This document shows positions 39,205 to 52,000 of a stretch of DNA of 64,000 nucleotides, in pieces. This stretch comes from Lobosporangium transversale (taxonomy: Eukaryota), in assembly GCF_002105155.1 (NCBI RefSeq), contig NW_019028997.1, forward strand, positions 620,001 through 684,000, in the 5' to 3' direction. Under the pieces are notes generated by a model that had not been told where the DNA came from, ran no database searches, and saw nothing but the letters and a program-made list of their open reading frames with translations. Position numbers and translations under genes: made by a program. Each line of letters opens with the position of its first letter. Within the stretch, counting starts at the first letter, position 1.

Positions 39205-41760
39205 TATTGACATATTTATTTTATTTGCTACAAGTCATCTACCCTGCCATCTTTAGAGCTGCTGGCATTTCCACTATCACAACATGCATCTACTGCAAAA
39301 GACGCATCCTTGGGGTCCGTATCTCCTTCGCTCATTGAACACATTAAGAGAGCTTTTAATGGTATTGCACTAACCTGAGATACCTCCATTGTCATTCTTG
39401 TCATCATTTGGATCATCCTTGTGTATCTCAGTTGCTGTCCCTCTATCTAACAGAGCGATAAGGTGCGAATATCTCTGCTTACTCACTTGTGCCTGCTTTA
39501 GCACCTGGCTGGTGAGCAGCGGTAGCTGCCTGCTCAATGGGGATCTTGCTCAGTTATAGGCAATATCTAATGAGAAGAACTAAAATAATTGGGGATTGGT
39601 TAGTGAGCTGAAGAGACAAAACACAACCGCACAACTTCCTTTGTGCTATTAATCTGCTCATTTCCTCAGGGGCAGGGGTCCCAGACATCCAACGATGAAA
39701 ACAACCGCAATTGGATGATTCCTAACGTTCGTCATAGCCATCAGCCTCAAAGAGACAACAGGCATCGATTGCAGCACTGCCAAGAGCCAAAAAGACTCAT
39801 GGGGAGGTCATAGCAAGAGACAGTCCACACCTTTTAGCATCGACTATGTGTCTCTCATGTACCCAAAGAGCAACCAACATGATGAGCAGAATTGCTTACA
39901 ATATGACTCCCAGATAGGTCCAACGGGAAGTGGACTCCAAAGAAGTCGGATGAGGCCATATGGAGGAGGGACTTATTTGCACCACATTATCAACTGCGTG
40001 GTACAACAACCCCCTCATGGACCCACGAGTCTGACGGAGAACATGTCGTTCAAGCTGCTGCACCATCCATGCTCAACATGGAGAGGTGAAGACACCCAAC
40101 GGAGCAAACAAGAACAACAAGCTCAAATCCAGCACCACCTCAGTCCCGGGCTCTGAGGCGAGGTCATAGCGAGAAGCAATCCAGCGCCTTAGCATAGACT
40201 GTACTCTTCTCATGTACCCACGGAGGACCCTGCTCGCATCCTTTCTCTGAAATCCGTACACACGCTATGCTTGTTCTTAGTCACAACCAATCCCTTACCT
40301 TGTGGCTATACTTCGTTTCATTGCGCTTGCTAGTCTTGATAACCTTGTAAAGCAACCTCATGTTATGGGAAGCAGGTTTGAATTGAAGACAGAAGCAATT
40401 GCTGAGCAGAGTGAATGAAGTGAGTGAAGAGGAATGTTTACGCGTCATGCCAAGAACGAGAGAGAAAAAAAAAGAAAATGGGTGTCACGTGCCTTATAGA
40501 ACCAAATTACGCGTTTAATCACCACACGAATAAAATGCATGCAAGGCAGAATTCATAAGTAGATGCGCCACTCGCAGTTCTAATTTAGAGCATCTAAACG
40601 GGTGTCGAGCATCTGGTCAGGGATGACTATTTCCTGCATTTTCGACGTTCTAGTTTGGATGGCTATATTCTTGGAGTTACTGTCCAGAAAGGAGGACTTT
40701 ATTTAAGGATTGACGCAGAGTATAATCAGCTTGGAGCAACATTGACTGATAGGAAGCGAAAGTGGCCATCCGATGCGGGATAGGAAAAAGTACACATTGC
40801 AACAGATGCAAGGGATTGGGAAACTCTCCAGTGCTCGGTGGTCATAGACGACAACATTCCGTGTACGATGTCAAAGGTGGATGAGAGGACCGATTTCCCA
40901 AGTGGTTAGAGAGTAACTGTACGCTCAGTGGATCAATGGAGAAGCTGTTCTGAAGAATAATATGGCATGAGGAGCCATATTAGTCCCCGAGTGGAAATGA
41001 TACACCAGAATCATTCCATAAAATAAAGAAAAGGATGAGATGGAGAGTCGAAGCCAAAAATAAAAAAATAAAAAAAAAAAAACATTGTATAAAAAATAGA
41101 TGGAACGAATCTTTTCATTCCTACTTTTCATCATTATCCTCGAATTATCTCATGACTCAACAGTACCAACAATTCCGAAAAGCTGGCATCATTGAAGAAG
41201 TCGGTGTCAGGACTGCCTCCATCTCTGCAAGCAATGGCAACTCATCATACTATGTGTGTTTACAAGACATTCAGGATGTGTTTCCAGATGCACAGCGATT
41301 CAAGCTGGATGAACATCCCATCCTGTTCCTTCAAGACTCTAATGGCAACAGGTAAAGTATTTATTTATCGTATGTGTTGCTCAGGAACAAAAAGTAAGAG
41401 AACTCAATTGCATATCCTAAGTTTTGTTTTACTTTTATCCTATTAGAATCAAACCCCCATGCATTGCATTCTATCCTGACACGATCCTGGATGTCATTAC
41501 AGATGGACCACAGGTCTGCAATAGTAATAGCAGCAGTAATAGTAGCAGCTCCAGTCTTAAAACGACTACGGATTTGATGCTAGAGACTAAAGAAAACGAC
41601 AAAAAGATGCTTGACTTGTTACTGGAGGCCAAAAAGAAGGACGAAGAAATGCTTAAACTGCAGCAGCAAGCTCTCGACAGACTTGCCACCCTTCAAAGAC
41701 ATGCCAATGCTATCCTTATCCAGAACTTTGAGTTACATGAGTATCCAATCCCTCGACTCT
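39205..41760. repeat. Inverted segmental duplication B, right arm
   Basis: Reverse complement of about 9300-11860. Confidence 0.95.
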
Positions 41761-43445
41761 TCATAATCCTGCCTGTCGACACCACCAAGTGGGACCCAAG
41801 GAATGTCCTGGGGAGCAAGGTCCGCCCTCATTTCCTTTGTGAATGTGGAGAACACACTGCAACGATAAGCAAGAGCAATCAAAACCAGATTCATATTGCT
41901 AAACATGAAGGATATGACATCCGAAACAGCACAGAGTTCTTTCGCAAGTATGGAAAATACATGCTCATCCTCTTACACTCTCTCAAAATGAAATCGCCCT
42001 TGACGGCTTCTTTGGCATCAATCCCGAAACTCGATGTCTGTATCAACTCTTCGATCAAATATATAGAAGCACTCTCTAATAAGTACTCAGTCTTGAGCAA
42101 GATTAACAAAATCGACGAGTGTGAGGCACTTGAAGGAGCTGATCTTTGGCAACTGGAAAAATCCCTTGAAAATAACGATGAAGGCAAGCAACTTGGTAAC
42201 TTGTACAGGATCACAACGAAGACAGGCCATGTCAAATGGGTCTGTCTGGATCACTATTGTTGGACATATATAGAAGCAGAACAGCAAGTGCTCGAAAAAG
42301 CAGTAGAGCTGAATGGTGGCGAATATGACTTGCACCTTGGCAAAGTGATCATCAGATTGAAGTCCAAAGCAACAGCTGAAGAGCTCTTTGATACGCTGGC
42401 CAACGCAAGGTGTGTTTACGAGTTGGATATCGCCTTTGATTGGAATTGAACCAAAGCTGATCTGGAAGCATTCGAAGAAGCACTAAAGACGTCAAGTGTA
42501 TCGATCCTTCGACTTGAACTCGGAGATTTTCAAGAAAGCATTAGCTGGAAAATACTTTCGACATCCTCGCCATATGAAACACTTGCTCGCATGATAGAAC
42601 TTAGCAGCATGAAGACAATTCAGATTGTTCTCCCTCCGAAGACTATAAAAGTCCCCAGTTTACGATTCAATAGGCCATCACACCTTCAAAATCTAACCAT
42701 TGAGATGCAACCTCGGATTGGCTTTAATGACTTTCGAGTACTCGCAAGTACACTCAAGGCCGATACGGCTATAAACACGTTGAACTTGAGGGGTAAATCA
42801 ATTGGAGATGAAGGACTTCTGGCACTGTCAGAGGCACCCAAGGCCAACACATGTTTGGCTACTTTGAACCTGCGGAACAATTGGGAATGAAGGAGTAATG
42901 GCACTATCAGAGGCACTCAAGACTAACGGGGCTTTGACCACGCTGAATTTGATGAGCAATTCAGTCGGGCATGAAGGAGCTCATGCACTGTTAGAGGCGC
43001 TCAAGGTTAACACTACCTTGACCATTTTGGATTTGGAGTACGATTCACTTGGAAAGGAAGGGGTTCTGTTGCTGTCTAAGACAAACACGACTTTAGCTGA
43101 TTTGGACTTTACCTCCAAGTCAATTGGGATGAAGGGGCTAATGCAATTGCAGAGGCGCTCAAGACTAATACAACCATGCTTGCTTTGGACTTGGGGCTCA
43201 ATTCAATTGAGAGTGAAGGAGCTCCTGCACTCTCAGAGGCACTCAAGGCTAACACTACCTTGATTTCTTTATGCTTGTGGAAGAACCCAATTGGGAAGGA
43301 AGGAGCTCTTGCATTGTCAAAGGCATTCAGAGGTAACACTTCCTTGGCTACTTTGGACTTGAGAGAGAACTCAATTGGTGGTGAAGGAGCTCTTGCGTTG
43401 TCAGAGGCACTCGAAGTTAATGCGGGTCTGGTCATTCATACGTGA
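41152..43445 (+). pseudogene. LRR-family pseudogene with 8 LRRs
   Basis: Exon 1 41152-41351, intron 41352-41446. TGA at 42447 where paralogs have TGG; frameshifts near 42880 and 43127. Confidence 0.88.
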
Positions 43446-43599
43446 GGAAACCTTTGCCGGCATTTAAAGATTTTCGGTGGTGTAACGCGACTGATTTTGG
43501 CTTATAAATATGAGCCATTATTAGGTCTATTTGGGTGAATTTATTATAGATAATATCTTAATAGCTAAGAAGAGATGTTTATTCTAAATAAGTAAATGA

Positions 43600-43655
43600 C
43601 TGATGGTAGCGAGCGTTCATACTGTCATTGCTTTTTGGTCCCACTATGTCTTCTC
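43600..43655 (+). other. Degenerate 25S/28S rRNA domain V fragment
   Basis: agcgttcatactgtcattgctttttggtcccactatgtc resembles AGCGTTCATAGCGACGTTGCTTTTTGATCCTTCGATGTC. Confidence 0.6.
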
Positions 43656-44694
43656 TCTTTGCAATGAAATTCTAGTGTATCAATGCTGTTTTAGGAGCTC
43701 ATTTTGTTTAATGCTATTGCCTTAAAGGAGCCATGAAAATAGATTAATGGCTAATTACAGTAGTATGTAAATGCTGTTTGTATTAAATATTTTACTCACC
43801 TAAACAACCCTTACAATTGGTTTGCATCTGAAATGTGCTGCGATAACAGCTTTATCATGGTTCATCCATTTCCTTGCGCCTTTTGAACTCTGTTCGTTTT
43901 CTCGTTCTCTTACTATTCATCTCATCCGTAGCCTCTCCCATAATCGGATTCCAGCTATGCACTCTTTTCAGTTTTTCACTTTTTTTTTTTTTTTTTTTTT
44001 TTTTTTTGTGTAGCATCCCCCAAGTGTCTCACTGATGCTTTCTAGATTACATGGATTCATTTCTTGGGAATCACTATTTCGAGCTATCCATCCAAGCGAG
44101 ACGCATCCGAATGAGTTACAAAGGCCCTTCATTCTCTCCGGCTGAGAGCATTTTTGCCAAGCCATGTTGGCTTCATTGATAGCTTTCCCCCATTCGACTT
44201 GAATGAACAGAAGGGAAAAGAGAAAACTAAAAGGATTGCTACAAACGAAGTGGACTGCCGCGTATTTCTGAAGAAGAACCACTCCTCACTTCTTCGCCAA
44301 GGAGGCATACACATGTATTTTCTCTATACCTTAAAAGAGTAACAAGCTTGAGCGGCCTTGGATACCCTGCTGTTTAATTAATAGCGGCCTCAATAGGACA
44401 CCAGTATTCAGTGTCTTGAATTTTAGTCGCCAAAATAAACCAGTTGGACCATTACACCTTTCAAAAAACATATATATATATGCGCTGTTTAATAGCCATA
44501 CTGGCCCATTAAAACTATATTTGAATGAAGAGTTGTTGGCATGAATCACTTCAGCAAAGAGAGAGATTGTTCGCAATTTCATTACTTCTTTATTTATTTC
44601 TTTTTTTTGCTCAAAAGTCATTATATTCATATGCAAAGGGTTAATCACTGGGTTTTTGGATCATTTTTCTGTGTAGATTTTGAGCAATAGCCTG

Positions 44695-44727
<33 letters not shown>

Positions 44728-44771
44728 CAAACACGAAAAAAAAAAAAAAAGGAAAGAAAACAATAAGGAAA

Positions 44772-45386
44772 TCAGATTGTGAAAGCTTTAGTTAAGCAAG
44801 GATTCCCTTCCAGCCGAGAATAAGAGAGCCGTGATGACTGTTTCGATGGTGGACGTGATGCCCCTGGCTGTGGTGCCGGTACCGATGTCAATGGTGGAAA
44901 GGACTCTCTTGGTGATAGAGGCGCTGTAGGCGAGAGCGGGCGATCGTTCCCCGGCCACTTGTTTTCCTTGTCGTCAAAGGTATTCATTCTTTCCCTTATT
45001 AGGTCTTTCTCTTCATCATCAGCTTCTGGTTTCACTTTTCTTTCCTCACCATCGTCTGGGTATTGCTGTTTTTGTTTCTGTGATGAAGATGAGGATAAAG
45101 GAGCCAACGATTTTTTAGGTTGTGGCCCTATTGTGGTTGTAACCTTAGTTGTACTTTTCACCTTGACGGTGGTAGAAGTTGTATGATCATCTTCGGTTAT
45201 GATGGATGTTGCGATACTACTAATCATGAAGGTCGTAGTATTAGTAGAATCAAAGAATGATGATTGAGGATCCACAAGGTCTTCTTCCTCTGAAGGAAGA
45301 GGAGAAGGCGACGAAGGCATCATATATGCGCAACAACATTCAGAGTCATCAAGATTGCAGATTGGACAGCTCATTGTGTAGATCAT
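44772..45386 (-). CDS. Hypothetical, largely disordered protein with a Cys-rich N-terminus and a KEN-like motif
   Basis: 204-aa intronless ORF with protein-like composition in AT-rich flanks; CPICNLDDSECCC, DKEN, several SP sites. Confidence 0.55.
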   Translation of the reverse strand: MIYTMSCPICNLDDSECCCAYMMPSSPSPLPSEEEDLVDPQSSFFDSTNTTTFMISSIATSIITEDDHTTSTTVKVKSTTKVTTTIGPQPKKSLAPLSSSSSQKQKQQYPDDGEERKVKPEADDEEKDLIRERMNTFDDKENKWPGNDRPLSPTAPLSPRESFPPLTSVPAPQPGASRPPSKQSSRLSYSRLEGNPCLTKAFTI

Positions 45387-47398
45387 GATGTGACAACAGG
45401 AAATAAACTATTTGCGCCGTGAAGTGAAGAAAAAAAAAAAATAAAGAAAATAAAAGAAGGCTCGTATAATCTGTGTATTTTGAGTATAGCTGGAGCAACT
45501 TCAGATGAAGAAAAAAAAAAAAAAAATAAAGTGGGAAGAGTTAAGGGATTTATATGACTTTTTTTTATTTTGGACGCCCAAAATATTTAATTTGAATTTT
45601 TGAAAATTCAATTTCTTAAATTTTAAATTTTTAAATTTTTATATTTCCAAAATTAAAAAAAAAAGAGACGCGTCAGCCTTGCTGTGGCTGGCGTTATATT
45701 TTTTTATTTTCCCTAGACATACAACTTTGTACTAATATATATATAATATGTATAGTATATATACATTAGGCATAGGAAAAGAGGGGATAGTCAACCATGG
45801 GACTATTAACGTTGTTGACTAACTGAACAGACGTCCAAGAAAAAACCAAGCAAACAAAGAAGGTTTGCAGTGCACTGTTACAATCTTATGTAATCAGTGA
45901 GAGCAAACAAATAAGCAAAAGAAGAAATGCATGCTTTTGTCCTTGAAAATCTTAAAAACATATTTTGCATCTCCCACGTGGAAACGATTTCCACAACTGT
46001 AAGGTCGATCCCTGGCTTAACTTAGTTATGCATAAGTGATTTGAGAGAATAAAAGTACTTTTAATATGAACAGGAAAATAAAAAAGTTATGTGCACCAAT
46101 GGTTGAAGAGACCCATTGAAGTCTGGCTATTCGTAGGCATACGCTTGAGGCTCATGGGCGACGTTTGAAGGAGCTCATCAGTTATATCATGCATCAAGAG
46201 TTGAAGCAACTCATTATTGAGATGTGGCTATACTATGTATTTATTGGTATATGCCATTCATGTTTATATGTGAGTTGCTTCCTCAGTAGGTTTGGCAATT
46301 ATCAAGTAGACTTTCAATGGTCTTTTAAGAACAATTAGTGTCCATGAAGATGCATCGATGGTCCCAAAGTCTGCAAAAAATCGTACTAGAGTCCATTAAA
46401 TGGGTACCGAGAAAAGACATTTTAAATTACGTCTTCGGTTAATCTCCTCTATGACTTGTGATTATTAATATGTTAACACGTAAATAAGCCAACCGCGTTC
46501 ATTTCTTCACCATCACTCTTCCATTACAGCACATATCTCACCTTGGCAATCAGTATCATTTTCCTTTGCCACTATCCTTTCCTCCATTCTGCTTGGTTTA
46601 AAGCTTTTCAAATGGTCGGAGCTGTGCATGCAAGTACAAATGTTGATTGTTACTCCTATCCTTGTACGCTTCAGAGCTCATTTGGCGGGAAGAGGTGCCT
46701 GCTGAGCTCACTTAGGATGTGCTGAGCTCATTTGGCGGGCGCATTCAATCATCATCTATGAAGAATCATTTGTCACTAGGAACAGTTGATTGCTCAAGGA
46801 CTATACAATGCATTTGCTTGGAAATTGGAAATGACTTTGTAAATCATTGGGCTAACAACATAGTTTCTTCATGCTCTCTCTTTTTCCACTTTCTCGATTT
46901 ACTAATCTGTACTTTATTATCTCGATAATAAAGGTCAATAGCTCGAGTGAAGTTACTCTAAACCCTCACTCCCAAGTGACTCAAGGTATTTCTTTGGCCA
47001 GTTCACTAGCAAAAGGGTTACAGGGGATTATTATTATTGTTGTTGACATACTAGTCCATAAAAAGAAGAGTATTTCCTTCTAATAACTTTACTTTGAGCT
47101 TTAATTATTTAGGTGCTAATGGAGTAGCCATCAGCTAAAGCTAAGCTAGGTTTTGTTTAGTGTAGCTGGACAAAGAGGTAGTTAAAGCCTTATTGTTCAA
47201 CAAAGAGGGGAATGTCAAAAATGTACTTTTTGCTCAACAGTCACAAATATTTGAAAAAAAAAAAAAAAAAAAAAAACTTTATTTTTGCTACATACTTTCA
47301 GATTGTGATGATAGTGAACAAGATCAAGGAAGATTAAACCTGATTGATGAACAAAAAACTTTTGAAGGTAAGAGGAGCAAAAGGGGTTTTTTCTTTTC

Positions 47399-48715
47399 TT
47401 AAGCAACAAAAGGGAACATGGCCTTGCGTCCACGAGGATAATCAGGGAACTCCTTGCGATAACCCTTATGCTTCTTCACTGCCCAGATATACATCTGACC
47501 AACAGCCACCACCAAGAACAAATGAGCAGACCAGGAAAGGGTCAACACTGACACTGCCAACCATGCCAGAGTCTCAAAGAAATAGTTTGGGCACGAGACC
47601 AAATCAAAGCCATAGCCACGAGGGATCTTGCGGACACGAGTGCCTGGGGGACGAAGGTTACGAAGGGTGACATGGGTCTTGAGGTTGGAAAGTTCAGCAA
47701 AGGCGTAGAGGGCAATGCATCCATAGATCACAGTTCGACTTCTCTCGCCCAAAACAGTGCCGGCTGCATTCCAGGGACCGTAGACCCAGTAAGCGAGATT
47801 CAATCCGGACAACAGGTGGTAATGAGCACTGTTCTTGAACACGTTACGGAATGGCATTGTACCGTGGGAGAAACGATGGACGAACACGGTCTCGTACTCT
47901 CTCTTCAAGAAGTGGAGCATTACCATCCAGAATGTCACGCTGCAAGAAGAAGGATAAAATAGGAAAAAAAAAAAAGTATTGCAATGTTAATATTGATTCT
48001 TGACGTGATTATTATCCTGTCTCTTTCTTTCTTTTTTTTTTTTTTTTGGCTTGTTCCTGGTTCCAGGAGATTCCATGATAAACGAAAAAGAAAAAAAAAA
48101 AAAAAAAAGACGGTAACATGCCACTTTAAAATGGAGATAGGTTCATAGAATGGGGAAAAAAAAACCCTCCCTTTATAGAAAACATACGTTTGCATCATCG
48201 AGTGCTCAAATGTCCTGCTGTAGAACAAAGAGGGCAGATAATAGATCAGAGGATGGATCAGCAAAGGACCGCCGTATTCGATCAAGAAGACAGTACGCCA
48301 GCTAATTTGAGGTCCTACATTTTTATCGTGTTTTGCACATGAAAAAATAAAAAAATAAAAAAAAAAAAGTGTGAGCAAAATAATTCCCGGACAAACAAAA
48401 AAGAGAAAAAGAGAAGAGAGAGAAGAGAGAGAAGAGAGGAAATGGATCATGTATGGATGCATGGATGTATATACCAAGGTCTTTAAACGTGACCGAGTCA
48501 CCATCCTTGAGACCATACTCTGACAAGGTCTTGCCCTGTTCAAGAGCAGTCTTTTCAACCGTCAGACGTTGGCGGTCCACGTAGAGCTGAGGAAACTTTT
48601 CAGCGATGGCGGCCTGGACATCCTCTACACGAACAGTAGCAGGGGTGCCATCGAGGACGAGGGTGATGGGGAACTTGCGTGACTTTGGAGACCTGGGGTT
48701 GATGACCAACTGCAT
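47399..48715 (-). CDS. TSC13: Very-long-chain enoyl-CoA reductase (Tsc13/TECR), 3 exons
   Basis: Ubiquitin-like N-terminus, KDLGPQISWRTVFLIEYGGP, HFLKREYETVFVHRFSHGTMP, VSCPNYFFE. Introns 48474-48315 and 48187-47940. Confidence 0.96.
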
Positions 48716-49006
48716 GATGGAATGCTTGAATGCTTTGAGGAAAGAAGGTTGGGGCGTTGGGGTGGGGAAGAAGAAAAAATAAAAATAATAAAAATAATGC
48801 GCGTGTAAAGCCAATGTGGCTGAAGTAATTATATCATTTCTCACAATGATGCATTCCTTTGATTGACTTGACTGGCATATCACATTTTTTTCCCAGGCGA
48901 AGCACACATAAAAATTTTTTTTAATAAAACTCATTACTCTCTCTCTCTCTGAAAAGAGTGCTTTGCAGATCAACTCTGCTCTCGCTCTCATTCCATCCCA
49001 TCACAA

Positions 49007-52000
49007 ATGGTGCTACATCAACGAACCAAGCAGGCATTCCAGTCCAAGGACCTCTCTGTCCCCTATGCTCCTTGCTGGTCTCTCTTGCTCGAGCCTTTCG
49101 CCCTTGCCCTTAGTGTGGATCAAAAACAGCAACAGCAACAGCAACAGCAACCACTTGTGCAGGCATGGATCGACTTTGTTCAATCATCCAAGCATGAACA
49201 AGAGGCTTTTGGTCGTACAACCTCACAGCAACAAGCTGCAGCATTCAAGAAACTAGGTAACTAATTGAACATTCAATTGGCTGATTCTGTTGTAATAAAT
49301 ACATTTTTTTATTCATCTATTTATTCGTTCCTACCTTCTAATCTCATTATCCAAACAATTTTCACTTCATTCTTTGATCCATGGAATACACTATCTACAT
49401 CAGAGCAGGCTGTCAAGGCACAGAAGGAGAAAAACCCTCAACTTCTGGAACAACATGATTTTCAAAAAGCATTTTCTCAATTCATTTCTCTTTATTATTT
49501 CTCTTCTGCAAAATTGGCCTCACGGAAACAGATCTTTGCATTGATCCAGACATTACAACCTTATTTTCAGCCTGATGAATCCGATCCCAACGGAACCATT
49601 GTCACAGCCCTCCGATCGGTGATTATGAATAGTATCTTTGCTCTGGAACCAATACTAACAACAGCAGCAGCAACAGCAACAGCAACACAATCACAATCAC
49701 AATCACAATCACAACCACTAGGGGTAAAGCCCCAGATTCAGATCGAGATGGCATGGCATCAGCGAACCCTCTGTTTGTACACAACTCTCGATTATACTAT
49801 GGGAAGGACTGCTCTCCATGCCGACATGGACATTATTCTCGATCAACTTTCTCAACTATTGCAAGCTCGTGTCATCACCACAAATGTTCAGGTATTTTTT
49901 TTCTTTCTTTCTTTCTTTCTTTTTTTTTTTTTTATATCTTCCTTCTCTACAATTGGCGGACAAAATTCCACTCAATTGAAAACACCCCTCTTTTTCTTCC
50001 TTTCTCTCATACACAGGTTGGACGGGATCATATTCCAGCCGAATACACTGAGGCCATGCTAGACCTGGAATTCATCCTCAAGCTCATCCTCGCCATTATC
50101 TCGCGTCTAATCGTCACCTCAAACGGCTCTTTACCATCTTCACCATCAGCAGCGTCCTCTACTTCTACTCTTTCTACTTCTCCTACTTCCAATTCCAATC
50201 GGTTTGAAATATCATCCACACATAATCCACCCCAGTACATTCTTCGGATCCTAAAAGACGCCATCACAGTCTCTTCCTCTCCTGTCTACCATCGCGATCT
50301 CTCCTCCATTTCTGGAATGATCTTTGCAAATCTGATCGACTTGACCTCTCCAACCATTCAAGAGGTCACAAGGCGAACCGTCCAACTTGTCTTTGGAGAA
50401 ACATCAGGCATGGACACTGTTGACTTGACATCCTTACCACAGATCCCTCGAAACATGGTCGAAATGGACTTTGGATGGAACACCTACCTGGGCGAGAAAT
50501 GTGGACCAGGAGAGGAAGACGCTGGCATGTATATGTTGGGCATCGTCCGTGGATTATTAACAAACATCCGTCAGGAAGCTCTCGTCATGCCCATTCAACC
50601 TGTCTCAACCTGGTATGCTCCACCTGTGTTCCATGATCTTCAAAAAAGAGGACAACAGGATCGACCGAAGGCAGCGGAACAAGAGAGTGGTCTTGTGCTT
50701 CATCAAGTTCTCTTCCATGCAATCGCTTATTTGTGTGCTACCTCTAGAGATATCTCCAGTAAAACCTTTGCGTTCGAAACCATGGGACATTGGCTTCAAC
50801 AAACCAAACTTCATCTAAGTGAAAAATCCCTTGCGTCTGCTCAGATGAAGGAGGCACTAGCCAACTGTATTGATGAGCAGGCTCAGGAGAAATTATCGAC
50901 CTATGTTCTAGATTATTGGGAGGATCCAGTCGATACAGTCCAACATAAAGTCAAGAATATTCTAGAGTTACTCCTTGATATTGTCTATCTCAAATCCAGA
51001 TTACGATCAGAGTCAACGACCCCCGATTTTGTCATTCAACTGCTGGGACGTATCCTCATGGCCGATGGTCATCGCAAGTCAAAGTATCCTATCCTGGCCA
51101 TCTTGGTTGGAAGGGTATCGATGGCTGAAGTCATTGCGCTTCGTCAGGACGCTTTAGCACAGGCCATCTTGGCACTAGATCAGCTTGCAACAGCACCAGG
51201 AGCTGCTGTGGCGATCAATGCAATGATCGGGAAATCCTGGAAAGAGTGTCTGGAGCTGGATTCCCTTCATGCCAACGTGTTGATCCCAGTGACAACAACC
51301 AAAAAAAATGCAAAGAATAATACAAGCGAATATGTAGAGAAATCAACTCAGGACTCAGAGGCACTTCAGCAGGTTCGAAAGACGGCAATACAACCCTGGA
51401 TTGACTTTTGGCTTAAGCCTATAGCTCAAGCACTCACAACAGAGAACGACCTAATTCGCAAACATTTAGGCCACTTCATCTTCTCACCCCTGTTCTCTAC
51501 CTGTCCTGAAGCATTCTGGACATTACTGGAGGTGCTCAATGACCAGAGTGGGACCTACTCTAGCTATATCTCTGATGCACAGTATCGCTTCAATGCTATC
51601 GTCCTTGCCATCAAGATCGGTCGTTCACTAGACTTGGTAGACTCCAGTAATTATGTTGACGACAGCAACAACGTTTCTTCATCCTCATCAGCTGATCTCA
51701 CAAAATCATCCAAAATTCCAATTTCAATCCTCCATGATGCCATGTACCATGCCTCTGGTGATATCCGACTGGATGTATTAGGCATTCTCTGTGAATCCAG
51801 ACGCTCTACCACCCCTGTCTCCTCCATCGAGTATCGGCTTTTGAAACAGTTCCTCCCGCTCAACCTGAATTCAGTGATTCCTGATTTTCGACAAAAACTC
51901 TACACTCACTTGGCTAAATTCCTGACCCGTGTCCGTGGAAACTGTTTTGTTTTGGCGAGAGAGATCGCTCGTCTTTATACCCCTGTCGGTAAAAAGAACC

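Noticed and set aside
45665..45680. Shared 15-mer gagacgcgtcagcct here and at about 57415
   Set aside because: Too short; the second lies in an intron at a plausible branch site and may be coincidence.
46674..46740. Direct repeat gagctcatttggcggg x2
   Set aside because: Small local duplication with no associated element or ORF.
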